From a virus (lineage: Duplodnaviria > Caudoviricetes), in the IMG/VR virus record IMGVR_UViG_3300017644_000036, positions 1 through 41,730 of that record: DNA of 41,730 nt. The stretch is one strand, 5' to 3'. The position numbers and the translations under genes were made by a program. Position 1 is the stretch's first letter. Each line of letters opens with the position of its first letter. The notes beneath the pieces were generated by a model. It searched no databases, was not told the DNA's origin, and was given only the letters and a program-made list of their open reading frames with translations. Of the stretch, positions 16,599 to 26,039 are shown one piece after another.

Positions 16599-16891
16599 GC
16601 GGCGAGATCACCTTCGACCGACTGCGAGACCTGTACGGCATGGCGACGCGCTGGGAGTCCAACCCGGACGATCCGCGACTCCAGAAGCTCAGGGAGTCCA
16701 ACCTGGCCGAGTTCGACGCCACGATGGCCCGGCACGATGCCGAGGTGGCGGCACGGGCGCTGAGGGAGGCGGCGAACGAGATCGGGCATGCCGAAGGGTG
16801 CCGCTCCGACCCCGACCGCGACCCGTACATCGGGTGCATGTGCACCACGAGCCTGTACTACGCCCGCGCTGACCGGATCGAGGCCGGCTGA
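16595..16891 (+). CDS. Hypothetical phage protein
   Basis: ATGA overlap; RBS. Confidence 0.6.
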   Translation: MSGEITFDRLRDLYGMATRWESNPDDPRLQKLRESNLAEFDATMARHDAEVAARALREAANEIGHAEGCRSDPDRDPYIGCMCTTSLYYARADRIEAG

Positions 16892-16979
16892 GCGAAGGGC
16901 CAGCAAGAGTGCGGCCGTCGCCGCGGGTGTTGCACGGCACCCGCGGCGGCATCACCGACACCGAGCAGGAGGCCTGGAC

Positions 16980-17192
16980 ATGGAGCTCGACCCCTACGCC
17001 AACGCCGCGCGCACGCTACTCACCGCGCTCGGCCTGGACGCCGAACGGATCCCGCTGGACGACGGGCTGCGGATCGACGAGGACGGCTACCTCGTCGTCG
17101 TCGAGCTCGAGCAGCCCGTCCGTGCCGAGGGTGACTCACTCGCCAGGACGAAGCGTCGCCTGCGCGTGACCGTCGAGGAGGTCGAGGCGTGA
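16980..17192 (+). CDS. Hypothetical phage protein
   Basis: AGGAGG RBS before MELDPY. Confidence 0.6.
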   Translation: MELDPYANAARTLLTALGLDAERIPLDDGLRIDEDGYLVVVELEQPVRAEGDSLARTKRRLRVTVEEVEA

Positions 17193-17608
17193 GCGCCGAG
17201 AGCAGCGCGCGCATCCGGGTAGCGTCCGGACGTCACGTCGTCGACGTGCGCGTCTACGAGACACTGGCGGATCTGCGGGCCGCGGGCAGACGCTTCAACG
17301 GAGCGGAGGGGCTCGACGACACCGTCGGGCTCTGTCAGGTCTCGTACCACGTCCGGCCCGACGGCACGGCAACGGTGCGCCCCATCGTGCGCCTGTGCAG
17401 GTGGCGCCTGAGCTCACAGATCGTCTCCCACGAGATGCACCACGCGGTCACCGCGATCTACGGGTCAACGCTGGCCGACGACGCGCTCGCGTCCGACGTC
17501 CTGACCCACCACAACGAGACGTTCGCGCACCTGTACAGCGACATGCTGTCACGGCTTGTCGACCGGCTCTACGACCGCGGCTACTACGGACACGAGGCGG
17601 CGGCATGA
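17189..17608 (+). CDS. Putative HEXXH metallopeptidase-like protein
   Basis: IVSHEMHHAV and downstream NETFAHL. Confidence 0.6.
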   Translation: MSAESSARIRVASGRHVVDVRVYETLADLRAAGRRFNGAEGLDDTVGLCQVSYHVRPDGTATVRPIVRLCRWRLSSQIVSHEMHHAVTAIYGSTLADDALASDVLTHHNETFAHLYSDMLSRLVDRLYDRGYYGHEAAA

Positions 17609-18309
17609 GCATCGAGGGACTGACCGCCGAGGGGCTGGCTGCGGACTTCCGCGCCGTGGCCGACCTCGTACACGACGTCGAGAACCCCGCCGAGACCACC
17701 ACGCGCGCTGGTGGCCGGACGGGCAAGCCTGGCTCGCAGCTTCCGCCTGGCGTCGCGGAGATCTTCCACGCCGCCGACACCGACCGCGCGCTCGCGAAGG
17801 CCTACGACCTCAGCGCCTATGTGGCCGGCGTGATCGTCGAGCGGTCCGGCGAGCTGCTGCGGCCCTCGAGCATCGACGGCGCGCAGGTGCTCGTCGACAT
17901 GACCTACGACGCCGAGGGCCGGTACATCGTCTACGGGATCGTCGACGACCTGCGGGCCGCGCGAGAGGCGCTGGGGTCGGTGGTGCGGCGCTACCACCGG
18001 GTCATCCAGACGGGCCGCGCGTGCCTAGACCTCGCGTGCGCTGGCCGGTACGAGGTTCGCCAGCACGACCCCGCCGATGACACGCTCACGTGCAGCGTGT
18101 GCGGAGACGCGGTGGGCTACGACGTCTGGCGCCAGTGGACGCGCACGACGCCGGAGTGGGTGACCGCGGAGCAGGCGGCGGCCAAGCTCGGCGTGAGCGT
18201 GCAGGCCGTCTGGCAGCGGGCGAAGCGGCAGGGCTGGCGCAAGAAGGGCGCGGGGCGCGCGGTGCGCTACCACGCGAGCAACCTCGCGATGGAAGGGTCG
18301 GCGGCATGA
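17605..18309 (+). CDS. Zn-ribbon plus C-terminal HTH protein, candidate late regulator
   Basis: CLDLAC...CSVCG; VTAEQAAAKLGVSVQAVWQRAKRQGW; end of the early region. Confidence 0.7.
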   Translation: MSIEGLTAEGLAADFRAVADLVHDVENPAETTTRAGGRTGKPGSQLPPGVAEIFHAADTDRALAKAYDLSAYVAGVIVERSGELLRPSSIDGAQVLVDMTYDAEGRYIVYGIVDDLRAAREALGSVVRRYHRVIQTGRACLDLACAGRYEVRQHDPADDTLTCSVCGDAVGYDVWRQWTRTTPEWVTAEQAAAKLGVSVQAVWQRAKRQGWRKKGAGRAVRYHASNLAMEGSAA

Positions 18310-18479
18310 GAGCAGAGCGCGAGGGTCCGCTCTTCACCGAGGGCATGTATCGGGATCGCGACGCACGCAACGGGATCCGTGACCTCGGAGCGGCGCTGTG
18401 GCGTGCGACCGTCAGCATCACCGTGGGACCCTGGTCGTCTGACCGCCTGCCGCTCAGCACGCCCGTGGAGCTCGCATGA
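18306..18479 (+). CDS. Small hypothetical protein
   Basis: ATGA overlaps at both ends. Confidence 0.5.
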   Translation: MRAEREGPLFTEGMYRDRDARNGIRDLGAALWRATVSITVGPWSSDRLPLSTPVELA

Positions 18480-18823
18480 CCATCACCGACTTCCTGCTCG
18501 CCCGGATCGCCGAGGACGAGGAGGCGCTCAAGCGCGGATACGACGTGCGCGCAACGTTCGCCGCGCTGTCCCGACACACGCTGAACGAGCGTGTGCCGGG
18601 CTTCCTCTGGCGAACGCCGGAGGCTGTGGCTGCGTACATGCGCGAGATCTCGGAGCAGGCGACGGCGCTCGACGCTGCGGACCGGGAGCGACGGAAGGCT
18701 GAGTGCGAGGCGAAGCGGCGGCTCATCGAACTCGCTGCGACCTGCGACGTCCCGAGCATCGAGCTTGCGCTTGCCGAGGTCTACGTCGACCACCCGGACT
18801 ACGACGAGGCGTGGCGCGTCTAA
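18476..18823 (+). CDS. DUF6221-like protein
   Basis: TDFLLARIAEDE, ECEAKRRLI, YVDHPDYDEAWR. Confidence 0.75.
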   Translation: MTITDFLLARIAEDEEALKRGYDVRATFAALSRHTLNERVPGFLWRTPEAVAAYMREISEQATALDAADRERRKAECEAKRRLIELAATCDVPSIELALAEVYVDHPDYDEAWRV

Positions 18824-18832
18824 CTACACGCG

Positions 18833-18854
18833 TGTCGTTCCCGTCCTGTACGAT
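18833..18854 (+). promoter_or_regulatory. Candidate late promoter TGTCGT-N10-TACGAT
   Basis: Intergenic, upstream of HNH/terminase; followed by hairpins 18867-18883 and 18889-18922. Confidence 0.5.
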
Positions 18855-18939
18855 GTCAGGCAACAGCGGGTGCAGTGCGCCCGGAGACCGAAGTCCCGTG
18901 AGCCATAGGCCGCGGGGCTTCGTCGTACCGGGAGGCGCG

Positions 18940-19293
18940 ATGGCTTGGCGTGTGTGCTCGCGGCCGGGCTGCGGCACGCTGCACGAGGGCACAGGCCGCT
19001 GCCCCGCCTGCCGAGCGCAGGCTGACCGAGAGCGGCGGCCCGACGGCAACCCGTACAAGACGGCCGGCCACCGCAGCTTCCGCGAGGCCGTGCTCGCGCG
19101 TGACCCGATCTGCGTGCTGTGCCTGCGAGCCCGTGCGACCGTCGCCGACCACTTCCCGATCGAGCGCCGCGACCTCGTCGCGATGGGCCTCGACCCCAAC
19201 GACCCGGCGCGCGGTCGGGGGCTCTGCAAGGCCTGCCACGACCGCCACACGGCCACCTCGCACGACCTCGGCGGCTCGGGCGCGACGCTCTGA
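18940..19293 (+). CDS. HNH endonuclease (packaging-associated)
   Basis: RDPICVLC...ATVADH...LCKACH; GGAGG RBS; just before terS. Confidence 0.85.
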   Translation: MAWRVCSRPGCGTLHEGTGRCPACRAQADRERRPDGNPYKTAGHRSFREAVLARDPICVLCLRARATVADHFPIERRDLVAMGLDPNDPARGRGLCKACHDRHTATSHDLGGSGATL

Positions 19294-19472
19294 CCTGCGG
19301 CGATGCTCACCGGGTCGACGTGACCCGCGAGGACCCGCAGGCCTCTGACCTGCGGAAACGCACGGGGGGTCCCCCCCCGTCCGGCCGCGCCTTCGGGACC
19401 GCCGGGGAGGGCTCCGCTCGGTCCGGAGGGTTCAGACATCTCGGCCCCCGGCCGTCAGAACGCCCCTGCTGA

Positions 19473-19512
19473 CCGCGCAAGGCGGCCGGCGCGATGCCGC
19501 GCAAGGCGGCCG
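19473..19512 (+). repeat. Two 16-bp direct repeats CCGCGCAAGGCGGCCG, each a mini-hairpin
   Basis: 19473-19488 and 19497-19512, immediately before the terS RBS. Confidence 0.85.
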
Positions 19513-19528
19513 ACCAGAGGTGATCGCG

Positions 19529-20053
19529 ATGACCCGAGGAGGAGCCCGTAACCGCTCCGGCCCGCCCGCTGACGAGATGTCCGGACGCTCCGCGCGGCGC
19601 GGACTGGACCTGTCGGCGCTGCCGAACGAGGGCTACCGCGGCGAGGTGCCCCGGTTCCCGCTCTCGCGTCGCGTCGTGTACCGCTGGGAGGTCGAGGGCA
19701 AGGTCCGCCGACAGGTCGCCGACCACGAGGCGACCGACGCTGCCGCCGACCGCGAGGCCGAGCTGTGGGAGTGGGCCTGGCGCACGCCGCAGGCCGCGGC
19801 GTGGGCGCGGGAGTCCTGGCGCTGGCAGACCGTCGCGATGTGGGTGCGGACGTTCGTGATCTGCGAGAGCAGCGAGGCGACCGCGGCGGACAAGGGCACC
19901 GTGCACCGGTTCGCCGACCAGATCGGCCTGACGCCGGCCGGCCTGAAGGAGAACGGCTGGAAGATCGCCGCGGCGCAGATCGAGCCGGCGGAGGCCGGAC
20001 CAGCACCGGTCGAGGTCGAGCAGACGGCGACGGTTCGTCGCCTGCGAGCCTGA
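19529..20053 (+). CDS. Terminase small subunit
   Basis: RGGARNRSGPPAD, LWEWAWRTPQAAAW, IGLTPAGLKENGWKI; position before terL. Confidence 0.8.
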   Translation: MTRGGARNRSGPPADEMSGRSARRGLDLSALPNEGYRGEVPRFPLSRRVVYRWEVEGKVRRQVADHEATDAAADREAELWEWAWRTPQAAAWARESWRWQTVAMWVRTFVICESSEATAADKGTVHRFADQIGLTPAGLKENGWKIAAAQIEPAEAGPAPVEVEQTATVRRLRA

Positions 20054-20054
20054 C

Positions 20055-21164
20055 GTGACCCGCGCGACCGAGGTCGCGCCCATCGACTTCCCCACGCTCG
20101 GGGACCTGGCGGACGCCTGGATCGCCCAGCACTGCCGAGTGCCGGACGGCATGGCGCTCGGCGCCCCGTTCCGCCTCTCGGACTGGCAGTTCTACTTCGT
20201 CGCGAACCACTACCGCGTGCGCGAGGGGATCGAGTTCATCGACGACCCGATGCGCATGCTGCGGTCGCAGGCGTTCGTGTACCGCCGCTCGCTGATGGTC
20301 GCGCCGCAGAAGACGGGCAAGGGTCCCATGGCGGCGTCGATCACGGCGTTCGAGGGCGCAGGGCCGGCGCTGTTCGCCGGGTGGGCGAAGCGCGGCGACG
20401 CCTACCGGTGCGAGGAGCACGGCTGCCCCTGCGGGTGGGAGTTCGCCTACGAGGCGGGCGAGCCCATGGGGATGCGGTGGCCGACACCGAAGATCCAGCT
20501 CATGGCGGCGTCCGAGGAGCAGGTCGAGAACACCTACGGGCCGCTCAAGAACATGGTCGCGATGGGCCCGATCGGCGAGCTCATGCGCGTGCACGAGGCG
20601 TCGATCAAGATCGAGCCGATCCCGGGCGCACCCGACGGCGCCGGCATGAACCGGATCACCCCGGTCACGTCGTCCGGCCTGTCCCGGCTCGGCCAGCCGA
20701 TCACGTTCGCCGTGCAGGACGAGACCGGCACGTACACGAAGAGCAACCGGCTCGAGAAGCCGGCCAATGACCAGCGCCGCGGTCTCGCGGGCATGTCGGG
20801 CCGGGCGATCGAGACGACGAACGCGTGGGATCCGACGGCGAACAGCGTCGCTCAGCAGACATGGGAGTCGCCGGTCACCGACGTGTTCCGGTTCTACCGG
20901 AACCCGGACATCGAGCCGAGCCTGCGCGACGCTGACGGGAACCGGCTCTCGTACCTCGAGAAGCGGTCGCGCCGGAAGATCCACGCCTACGCCTATGCGG
21001 GTTCGCCGTGGGTCGACCTGGACGCGATCGAGGCCGAGGCGCAGGAGCTGATCCACCGCGACCCGGCGCAGGCCGAGCGGTTCTTCGGGAACCGTCTCGT
21101 GCAGGGTGCTGGCTCCTGGCTGCTGGACGGGATGTGGGCTGACGCGTATGCCGGTCGTCGATGA
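20055..21164 (+). CDS. Terminase large subunit, ATPase domain
   Basis: LSDWQ, Walker A PQKTGKG, Walker B FAVQDE, ETTNAW, AERFFGNR. Confidence 0.88.
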   Translation: MTRATEVAPIDFPTLGDLADAWIAQHCRVPDGMALGAPFRLSDWQFYFVANHYRVREGIEFIDDPMRMLRSQAFVYRRSLMVAPQKTGKGPMAASITAFEGAGPALFAGWAKRGDAYRCEEHGCPCGWEFAYEAGEPMGMRWPTPKIQLMAASEEQVENTYGPLKNMVAMGPIGELMRVHEASIKIEPIPGAPDGAGMNRITPVTSSGLSRLGQPITFAVQDETGTYTKSNRLEKPANDQRRGLAGMSGRAIETTNAWDPTANSVAQQTWESPVTDVFRFYRNPDIEPSLRDADGNRLSYLEKRSRRKIHAYAYAGSPWVDLDAIEAEAQELIHRDPAQAERFFGNRLVQGAGSWLLDGMWADAYAGRR

Positions 21165-21165
21165 C

Positions 21166-21807
21166 GTGTGGCTCCCGAACCCGCCGGACGGTACGCCCGT
21201 GTGCGGCGGCTTCGACGGGTCGGAGAACGACGACTTCACCGTGATCCGCCTCGAGACCGCCGACGGTCTGCAGTTCACCCCGCGGTACGGGCCGGACCGT
21301 CGCCCGACGATCTGGAACCCCGCCGAGTGGGGCGGCCGGACGCCGCGGAGCGAGGTCCACGCCGCGTGGGAGGAGCTCGCGCGCCGGTTCAAGATCGGCC
21401 GCGTCTACTGCGACCCGGGGTTCATGGACGAGATCTCCTGGAAGACGGAGATCGAGACCTGGGATCAGCTCTACGGGCCGAAGGTCTTCATCCCCTGGGT
21501 GATGTCGGGGTCGTCGCGCTACACCGCGGTGCACGCCGCGCTGCGCCGGTTCGAGTCCGACCTCGCGCAGGGCTCCCTCAAGCACGACGGCTGCCCGATC
21601 ACGGCGACGCACGTCGGGAACGCCCGACGGATCGCGAAGCCGGGTGAGCGGTACGCGCTCGGGAAGCCCGCACAGACACAGAAGATCGACGCCGCGGTCA
21701 CGTCCGTGCTCGCGCACGAGGCCGCGTGCGACGCCCGGGCCGACGGCTGGGGCAAGCAGGCCGAACCCGCCGTGTTCTACACGGCTTCGATGACGAGACG
21801 GAGGTGA
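21166..21807 (+). CDS. Terminase large subunit, nuclease domain (separate ORF)
   Basis: GFDGSENDDFT, VYCDP, KIDAAV; alternative start ATG 21148. Confidence 0.85.
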   Translation: MWLPNPPDGTPVCGGFDGSENDDFTVIRLETADGLQFTPRYGPDRRPTIWNPAEWGGRTPRSEVHAAWEELARRFKIGRVYCDPGFMDEISWKTEIETWDQLYGPKVFIPWVMSGSSRYTAVHAALRRFESDLAQGSLKHDGCPITATHVGNARRIAKPGERYALGKPAQTQKIDAAVTSVLAHEAACDARADGWGKQAEPAVFYTASMTRRR

Positions 21808-21810
21808 CGG

Positions 21811-23241
21811 ATGGACGCGCAGGAGGCCACGACCGTCATCGCCACGCTCGCCCGCCGGATCCAGTCCCGCCGCGCTGACATCGCCCTGGCAACGTCGTAC
21901 CTCCGGGGCCGCGAGGGTCGTCTCCGGTTCGCGTCCGACGAGTTCCGGGACTACTTCGAGAAGCGGTTCGCCGGCTTCTCCGACAACTGGTGCATGCCGG
22001 TGACGCAGGCGCCGGTCGAGCGCATGAAGCACCTCGGGATCCGCCTCAACGATCCGCGCGGCGCGACGGACGCCGAGCTGCAGGCCACCTGGCAGGCATC
22101 GGACGCCGACCGCGGCCTCTCTGAGGCGCTGACGATGATGACCGCCGCGAAGCGCGCGTTCGGCCTCGTCTCCCCGATGCCCGGCGCCCCGGCGCGGATC
22201 ACGTTCGAGCACCCGGACTCGTCGATCGTCGCCTACGACGCCGTCACGCGGCAGCGCCGGTACGGGCTGACCGTCTGGGACGGGGACAAGGTCCAGTACG
22301 CGCAGTTCTACACCCCGACGCTCACCGTCGGAGCGCAGCGGCCCCTCGGGGTCGAGCGGCTCGACGACCGGCGCGTGGCTCCGAACCTCGACGGCTGGGT
22401 CATCGACGCTGACAGCCTCAAGGCGAACCCGCTCGGTGCCGTGCCGCTAGTCGAGTTCCGCAACCAGACGCTGCTCGACGACGACCCGTTCTCGGACATC
22501 GAGGGCGTCATGGCGATGCAGGACAGCATCAACCTGACGTGGGCCTACCAGCTCAACGGCCTCGACTACGCCTCGCTCCCCCAGCGCATCGTGTCCGGGT
22601 CGGAGTCGCCCAAGGAGCCCGTGCTCGACGACAAGGGCCAGGTCGTCGGGTACCGGCCGCTCGAGCTCGACAAGCTCATCCGGGACCGGATCGCGTTCCT
22701 GCCCGCCGGCGCGACGCCGTCAGAGTGGTCGGCGGCGAACCTCGACGCGTTCGCGAAGGTCATCGAGCAGGCGGTCGAGCACATCGCTGCCCAGACTCGG
22801 ACGCCGCCGCACTACCTCATCGCGAAGATGGTCAACACCTCTGGTGAGGCGCTGACGGTCGCTGAGGCCGGGCTGGTGTCGAAGGTCATCGAGCGGACGG
22901 GCTACGCGACGCCGGCCGTCCGCGAGATCTACCGTCTCGTGGCCCTCGCGGAGGGGCAGGCTGAGAAGGCGCGCCAGATCCAGTCCGCGACGATCGTGTG
23001 GTCGAAGCCCCAGTACCGGTCCGAGGCCCAGCTAGCCGACGCGATGCTCAAGTGGCGCCAGATCGGGTTCCCGATCCAGTGGGTTGCCGAGGAGTACGGC
23101 ATGGGTCCGGCGGAGGTGCAGCGGCTGCTCGAGATGATCCGGCAGGAGCAGACCGACCCGTTCCTCGAGCAGGCCGGGCAGAAGGTGGTGACCGGTGGCG
23201 CCCCCGCAGCCGACGCAGAACCTTCCGCTCTCGGCGCGTGA
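21811..23241 (+). CDS. Portal protein (SPP1 gp6-like)
   Basis: NWCMPV, NPLGAVPLVEFRN, SDIEGV, HIAAQTRTPPHYL, SGEAL. Confidence 0.92.
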   Translation: MDAQEATTVIATLARRIQSRRADIALATSYLRGREGRLRFASDEFRDYFEKRFAGFSDNWCMPVTQAPVERMKHLGIRLNDPRGATDAELQATWQASDADRGLSEALTMMTAAKRAFGLVSPMPGAPARITFEHPDSSIVAYDAVTRQRRYGLTVWDGDKVQYAQFYTPTLTVGAQRPLGVERLDDRRVAPNLDGWVIDADSLKANPLGAVPLVEFRNQTLLDDDPFSDIEGVMAMQDSINLTWAYQLNGLDYASLPQRIVSGSESPKEPVLDDKGQVVGYRPLELDKLIRDRIAFLPAGATPSEWSAANLDAFAKVIEQAVEHIAAQTRTPPHYLIAKMVNTSGEALTVAEAGLVSKVIERTGYATPAVREIYRLVALAEGQAEKARQIQSATIVWSKPQYRSEAQLADAMLKWRQIGFPIQWVAEEYGMGPAEVQRLLEMIRQEQTDPFLEQAGQKVVTGGAPAADAEPSALGA

Positions 23242-24247
23242 GTACCGCACCCAGCAGGCGCGGGCTCGCCTAGACGCACTGGCTGCCGTGCAGCGGCAGT
23301 GGCGTCGGATGACGACCGGGCCCGACTGGGATCGCCAGTTCGCGCGCATCGTCCCGACGATCGCGCAGATCATGGCGAGCGCGCAGCAGGCGGCAGCGGT
23401 GGCCGCGCTCGCCTACGTCCCCGACGTCGTCGAGGACACCGGTCTGCGGGCCAACCAGGCGGCCGACGCGTCCGAGATCATCACTCCGCTCATCGGCGTC
23501 GCGGGCGATGGACGGCCGGTCGACACGCTCGCCTACGGCGCGGTCGTGCGCGCTGGGCATGCCTACGACGGCGGAGCGACGGCCTACCAGGCACTCACCG
23601 CCGGTGGCCAGTGGCTCACCATGGCGATGGGCACGGCCCTGTCGGATACCGGTCGCGAGGCCGAGTCGCTCGCGATGGGCACCCGCCGCGTGCGGACCTA
23701 CGTGCGGATGCTCGTCCCACCGTCGTGCCCGCGCTGCGCGCTCCTGGCCGGGCAGGTCTACCACACCAGCCAGGCGTTCAAGCGGCACCCGTTCTGTGAC
23801 TGCCGCAACGTCCCGATGGCCGAGTCTGTCGCAGGAGATGCGACGACGGACCCTCACGGCTACTTCCAGTCTCTGACCAAGGAGCAGCAGGACAAGGTCT
23901 TCGGGCCCGGTGACGCGGAGGCGATCCGCTCGGGCGCCGACATCTACCAGGTCGTGAACGCTCACCGCGGCGTCCGTCTCGCACAGATCGGCGGCCGGAA
24001 GGTCTGGGTGACCTCCGAGGGCACCACCCGCCGCGGCTTCGCCTACCACCGGCTCGCCCAGAGCGGCGGGGTTGCGATCGACCGGACCCAGACCGCGCTG
24101 CGGATCACCCGCAACGGGCCCGAGCTGCGCACGATCGAGCGTCGCCGCGCCGCACGCCCACGCGTCATGCCGTCCACGCTCCTGCGGCTCTCCGAGAGCC
24201 GCGAGGAGTACCTCCGGCTCCTGTACGCGAACGGCTACATCCTCTGA
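23195..24247 (+). CDS. MuF-like minor head protein
   Basis: YVRML..PSCPRCALLAG, FKRHPFCDC, GADIYQVVNA; follows portal. Confidence 0.75.
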   Translation: MAPPQPTQNLPLSAREYRTQQARARLDALAAVQRQWRRMTTGPDWDRQFARIVPTIAQIMASAQQAAAVAALAYVPDVVEDTGLRANQAADASEIITPLIGVAGDGRPVDTLAYGAVVRAGHAYDGGATAYQALTAGGQWLTMAMGTALSDTGREAESLAMGTRRVRTYVRMLVPPSCPRCALLAGQVYHTSQAFKRHPFCDCRNVPMAESVAGDATTDPHGYFQSLTKEQQDKVFGPGDAEAIRSGADIYQVVNAHRGVRLAQIGGRKVWVTSEGTTRRGFAYHRLAQSGGVAIDRTQTALRITRNGPELRTIERRRAARPRVMPSTLLRLSESREEYLRLLYANGYIL

Positions 24248-24299
24248 CCACCCCGGCCCGTGAGGGGCCGCGGGGCGACCTCTCGTAAGGAGAGAACCC

Positions 24300-24947
24300 A
24301 TGGCCGACGAGGCTACGCAGGACACGGTCGACGAGGCCGTGGAGCAGGACCAGGGTGCCAACGTCGACGAGTCGACTGCCGACGACGGCACCACCGACCA
24401 GGAGGCCGCAGAGGTCGACTGGCAGGCGAAGTACGAGGCCCAGAAGAAGGTGAACCGCGACCTCGACCGCAAGGTCAAGGGCGAGGCGGGCACCCTCAAC
24501 GCCAAGATCGCCGAGCTGCAGGCCAAGCTCGACGGCAAGGAGCAGGAGCACGCCGACTCGGTCAAGCAGCGCCAGGTCGAAGAGGCCGCGCTCGCGAAGG
24601 CCAACCAGCGCATCCTCAAGGCGGAGATCCGCGCCGCGGCGGCAGGCAAGCTGGCCGACCCGGCGGACGCTCTGCGCTACCTCGACCTCAGCGACTTCGA
24701 GGTCGGCCCCGACGGAGAGGTGGACGCCTCCGCCATGAACGAGGCCATCGAGGCGCTCGTGAAGTCCAAGCCGTACCTCGCCGCGCAAGGCGGCACCGGA
24801 GTCACGCCGTTCGAGACGCCCGGCGCTCATCGCAAGGAGCGCGCCGGCCAGGTCACCAAGGCCGAGCTCGACCGGATGACCGACGACGAGATCAACGCCG
24901 CACGCGCCGAGGGACGGCTGAACAGCCTCCTCGGCATCACCACCTGA
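24300..24947 (+). CDS. Capsid scaffolding protein
   Basis: Acidic N-terminus, coiled coil, KLADPADALRYLDL, KPYLA; precedes MCP. Confidence 0.85.
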   Translation: MADEATQDTVDEAVEQDQGANVDESTADDGTTDQEAAEVDWQAKYEAQKKVNRDLDRKVKGEAGTLNAKIAELQAKLDGKEQEHADSVKQRQVEEAALAKANQRILKAEIRAAAAGKLADPADALRYLDLSDFEVGPDGEVDASAMNEAIEALVKSKPYLAAQGGTGVTPFETPGAHRKERAGQVTKAELDRMTDDEINAARAEGRLNSLLGITT

Positions 24948-24965
24948 CCCCTGAGGAGGGCCATC

Positions 24966-25817
24966 ATGGCCATCACCAACTTCATCCCCAAGATCTGGTC
25001 CGCCGCGCTGCTCCGCGCGCTGCGCAACCAGCTCGTGTACGCCCAGGCGGGCGTCATCAACCGCGACTACGAGGGCGACATCGCCCGCGCGGGCGACACC
25101 GTCCACATCACGTCCTTCAACGACCCGGCGGTGCGCGACTACACGCGCAACGGCACGATCACGTGGGACCTGCTCACCGACGCCGGGCAGACGCTCGTCG
25201 TGGACCAGCAGAAGTACTTCGCGTTCAAGGTCGACGACATCGACAAGCGCCAGGCACTGCCTGGCTTCGTCGACGAGACCACGACCGGCGCGTCCTACAA
25301 CCTGTCGGCCGCCGCGGACACGTTCGTTGCGACGACCATCGCGGCCGGCGTGGACACGGGCAACGCGGTCGGCGCGGAGACGATCTCCACTCCGGAGGGC
25401 GCCTATGACCTGCTCGTCGAGTTCCGCACCGCGCTGGTGCACTCGAACACGCCCGGGCAGGGTCGCTACGTCGTCGTGCCGCCGGAGTTCTACGCGCTCC
25501 TGCTCAAGGACGACCGGTTCATCCGGCTCGACGCGTCGGGCACCACCGATGGGCTCCGAAACGGGCAGGTCGGCCGGGCCGCTGGCTTCGACATCGTCGA
25601 GGCGAACACGGTCCCGACGGACTCGTCGGGCGCCAGCCCGGTCTACACGATCCTCGCGGGGCACTCGATCGCGACGACGTACGCCGAGCAGATCCTCAAC
25701 ACCGAGGCCCTGCGCCTCGAGAACACGTTCGGTGACGGCATCCGCGGGCTGCACGTCTACGGCGCGAAGGTCCTGCGCCCGAAGAACCTCGCGTCCGCGC
25801 TCGTCACCATCTCCTGA
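24966..25817 (+). CDS. Major capsid protein
   Basis: FIPKIWS, NRDYEGDI..GDTVHI, FAFKVDDIDKRQ, FGDGIRGLHVYGAKVLRP. Confidence 0.93.
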   Translation: MAITNFIPKIWSAALLRALRNQLVYAQAGVINRDYEGDIARAGDTVHITSFNDPAVRDYTRNGTITWDLLTDAGQTLVVDQQKYFAFKVDDIDKRQALPGFVDETTTGASYNLSAAADTFVATTIAAGVDTGNAVGAETISTPEGAYDLLVEFRTALVHSNTPGQGRYVVVPPEFYALLLKDDRFIRLDASGTTDGLRNGQVGRAAGFDIVEANTVPTDSSGASPVYTILAGHSIATTYAEQILNTEALRLENTFGDGIRGLHVYGAKVLRPKNLASALVTIS

Positions 25818-25832
25818 GAGGGGCACTGACCC

Positions 25833-26024
25833 ATGGGCATCTACAAGGCCAAGCAGGGCAAGGACGACAAGGGCAAGCCGGTCTACGGCGCGCCGTTCGC
25901 GGTCGCCGACGACGACTTCGTGAAGGCGAAGGTCGAGGCCGGCGAGTTCGTCGCGGTGAAGGGCGCCGGGCCCGCCCCGGCGACCGACGACAAGGCCGCC
26001 GGCGCCGACAAGACCGGCGCCTGA
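25833..26024 (+). CDS. Small head-associated protein
   Basis: Between MCP and adaptor; RBS present. Confidence 0.6.
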   Translation: MGIYKAKQGKDDKGKPVYGAPFAVADDDFVKAKVEAGEFVAVKGAGPAPATDDKAAGADKTGA

Positions 26025-26039
26025 CCCAGGGAGGCCACC

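Noticed and set aside
19294-19470. cos site between HNH and terS
   Set aside because: Position is plausible but the cut site cannot be determined without sequencing virion ends
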